Source of the DNA: Mustelus asterias
Taxonomy: Eukaryota
DNA length: 64,000 nucleotides
Assembly: GCF_964213995.1 (NCBI RefSeq)
Contig: NC_135830.1
Span: forward strand, 7,378,001 to 7,442,000
Direction of reading: 5' to 3'
Below, piece by piece: positions 63,230-64,000 of this stretch. The notes below the pieces were generated by a model. The model worked only from the letters and a program-made list of their open reading frames with translations. It had not been told where the DNA came from and ran no database searches. A program made the translations under genes and the position numbers. The stretch's first letter is position 1; each line of letters starts with the position of its first letter.

Positions 63230-64000
63230 TTCATGAAGCTTTCCCATGTCGGGTGAGGGAAAATTGCTTGATTTCATTTTCGTTGCTCAACATCATCCGA
63301 GCCTCGATGTGAAAGGCATGTTCTCATTGCTCTGAAATCACCCTCAAATGCTTTCTGTGAAATAAGAAGCACATTCTTTTTGACGCACTGAGAGGAATGT
63401 TCAATTTTGACACCGAGCACATATTCGCAGCTCGTTCAGTCTACAACAGAATTTGATGGGTTTATAGGTGCAGTCTAATATGGTTAATCACCATCTGAAA
63501 TATCTGATCGTAGTGTGTGCTCAAAAAGACAGATACAAGTCATACTGTAAGTGAACGAGAGGAAATGGCGCACATTTCACAGGAGAATATTTTTAAAAAT
63601 CGTTTTTCATCATGAAGAAACAGGAAACGCCAATCAGACAGATGAGGGAATCGAGACTCGGAGGGGGGGGGGGTGGGGGGCGGGGGGGCGGTGGAGGGGG
63701 GGGGGGATCTACTGGACTTTCCTGTCAAGGGCCGGAATTTATGCGCCTGAATGTTTCACGCCCATGATAAAAAGGGCTCCAGGGTCACTATCAGATAATT
63801 CTTAAATCTCTTCCATTTCCATCGAGTTGACTTTTTCAAAAGGCTGACTATGTTCAATCCTAAAATTGTGATCTGTATTACCCGGTGACTCGATTCATTT
63901 TGTTGGTCAGTTATGTTTGCAATTCAGTGATGTTCAATTCCAGAGATATTCAATTCATGATGAAGACATATGTGTGAAATAATGCATTGATACTAAATAT

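Larger units (their letters stand above)
60220..64000 (+). repeat. Tandem repeat of tRNA-Val-containing units
   Basis: Recurrent ACCTGCAGCAACAC (~60432, ~61868, ~63091) and GTTAATCACCATCTGAA (~60800, ~61207, ~62258, ~63483). Confidence 0.85.

Overview
Eukaryotic, repeat-rich DNA, almost certainly from a shark or other elasmobranch (inferred from HE1/V-SINE-type SINEs, abundant CR1 LINEs and Penelope-derived repeats). The backbone is a segmentally duplicated cluster of more than 40 tRNA genes and pseudogenes. It includes a Gln tandem at 2.8-5.8 kb, a Cys-Glu-Glu-Lys-Pro-Leu-Glu-Thr module present twice at 34-55 kb with partial copies elsewhere, and a Val tandem at 60-64 kb. Clearly intact copies are Cys-GCA, Lys-CTT, Thr-TGT and Leu-TAG, with Asn-GTT nearly intact. 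Embedded in the cluster is an island of two germline T-cell-receptor alpha/delta-type V segments, each with a 23-bp-spacer RSS; one is open and one has an in-frame TAG. The most unusual items are: (1) a tRNA-Pro family with a 17-18 nt insertion at the canonical 37/38 intron site, whose best copy shows anticodon-intron pairing; (2) a fully paired tRNA-Gln-derived gene with a CTA (amber-suppressor) anticodon; (3) V segments with no recognisable leader exon inside a tRNA array; (4) two families of palindromic Penelope-type elements carrying minimal hammerhead-ribozyme motifs; (5) a hAT-type MITE containing a piggyBac-like fragment. No ordinary host protein-coding gene is supported. The long ORFs are CR1/Penelope reading frames or low-complexity artefacts. 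Repeat boundaries were read by eye and are approximate.
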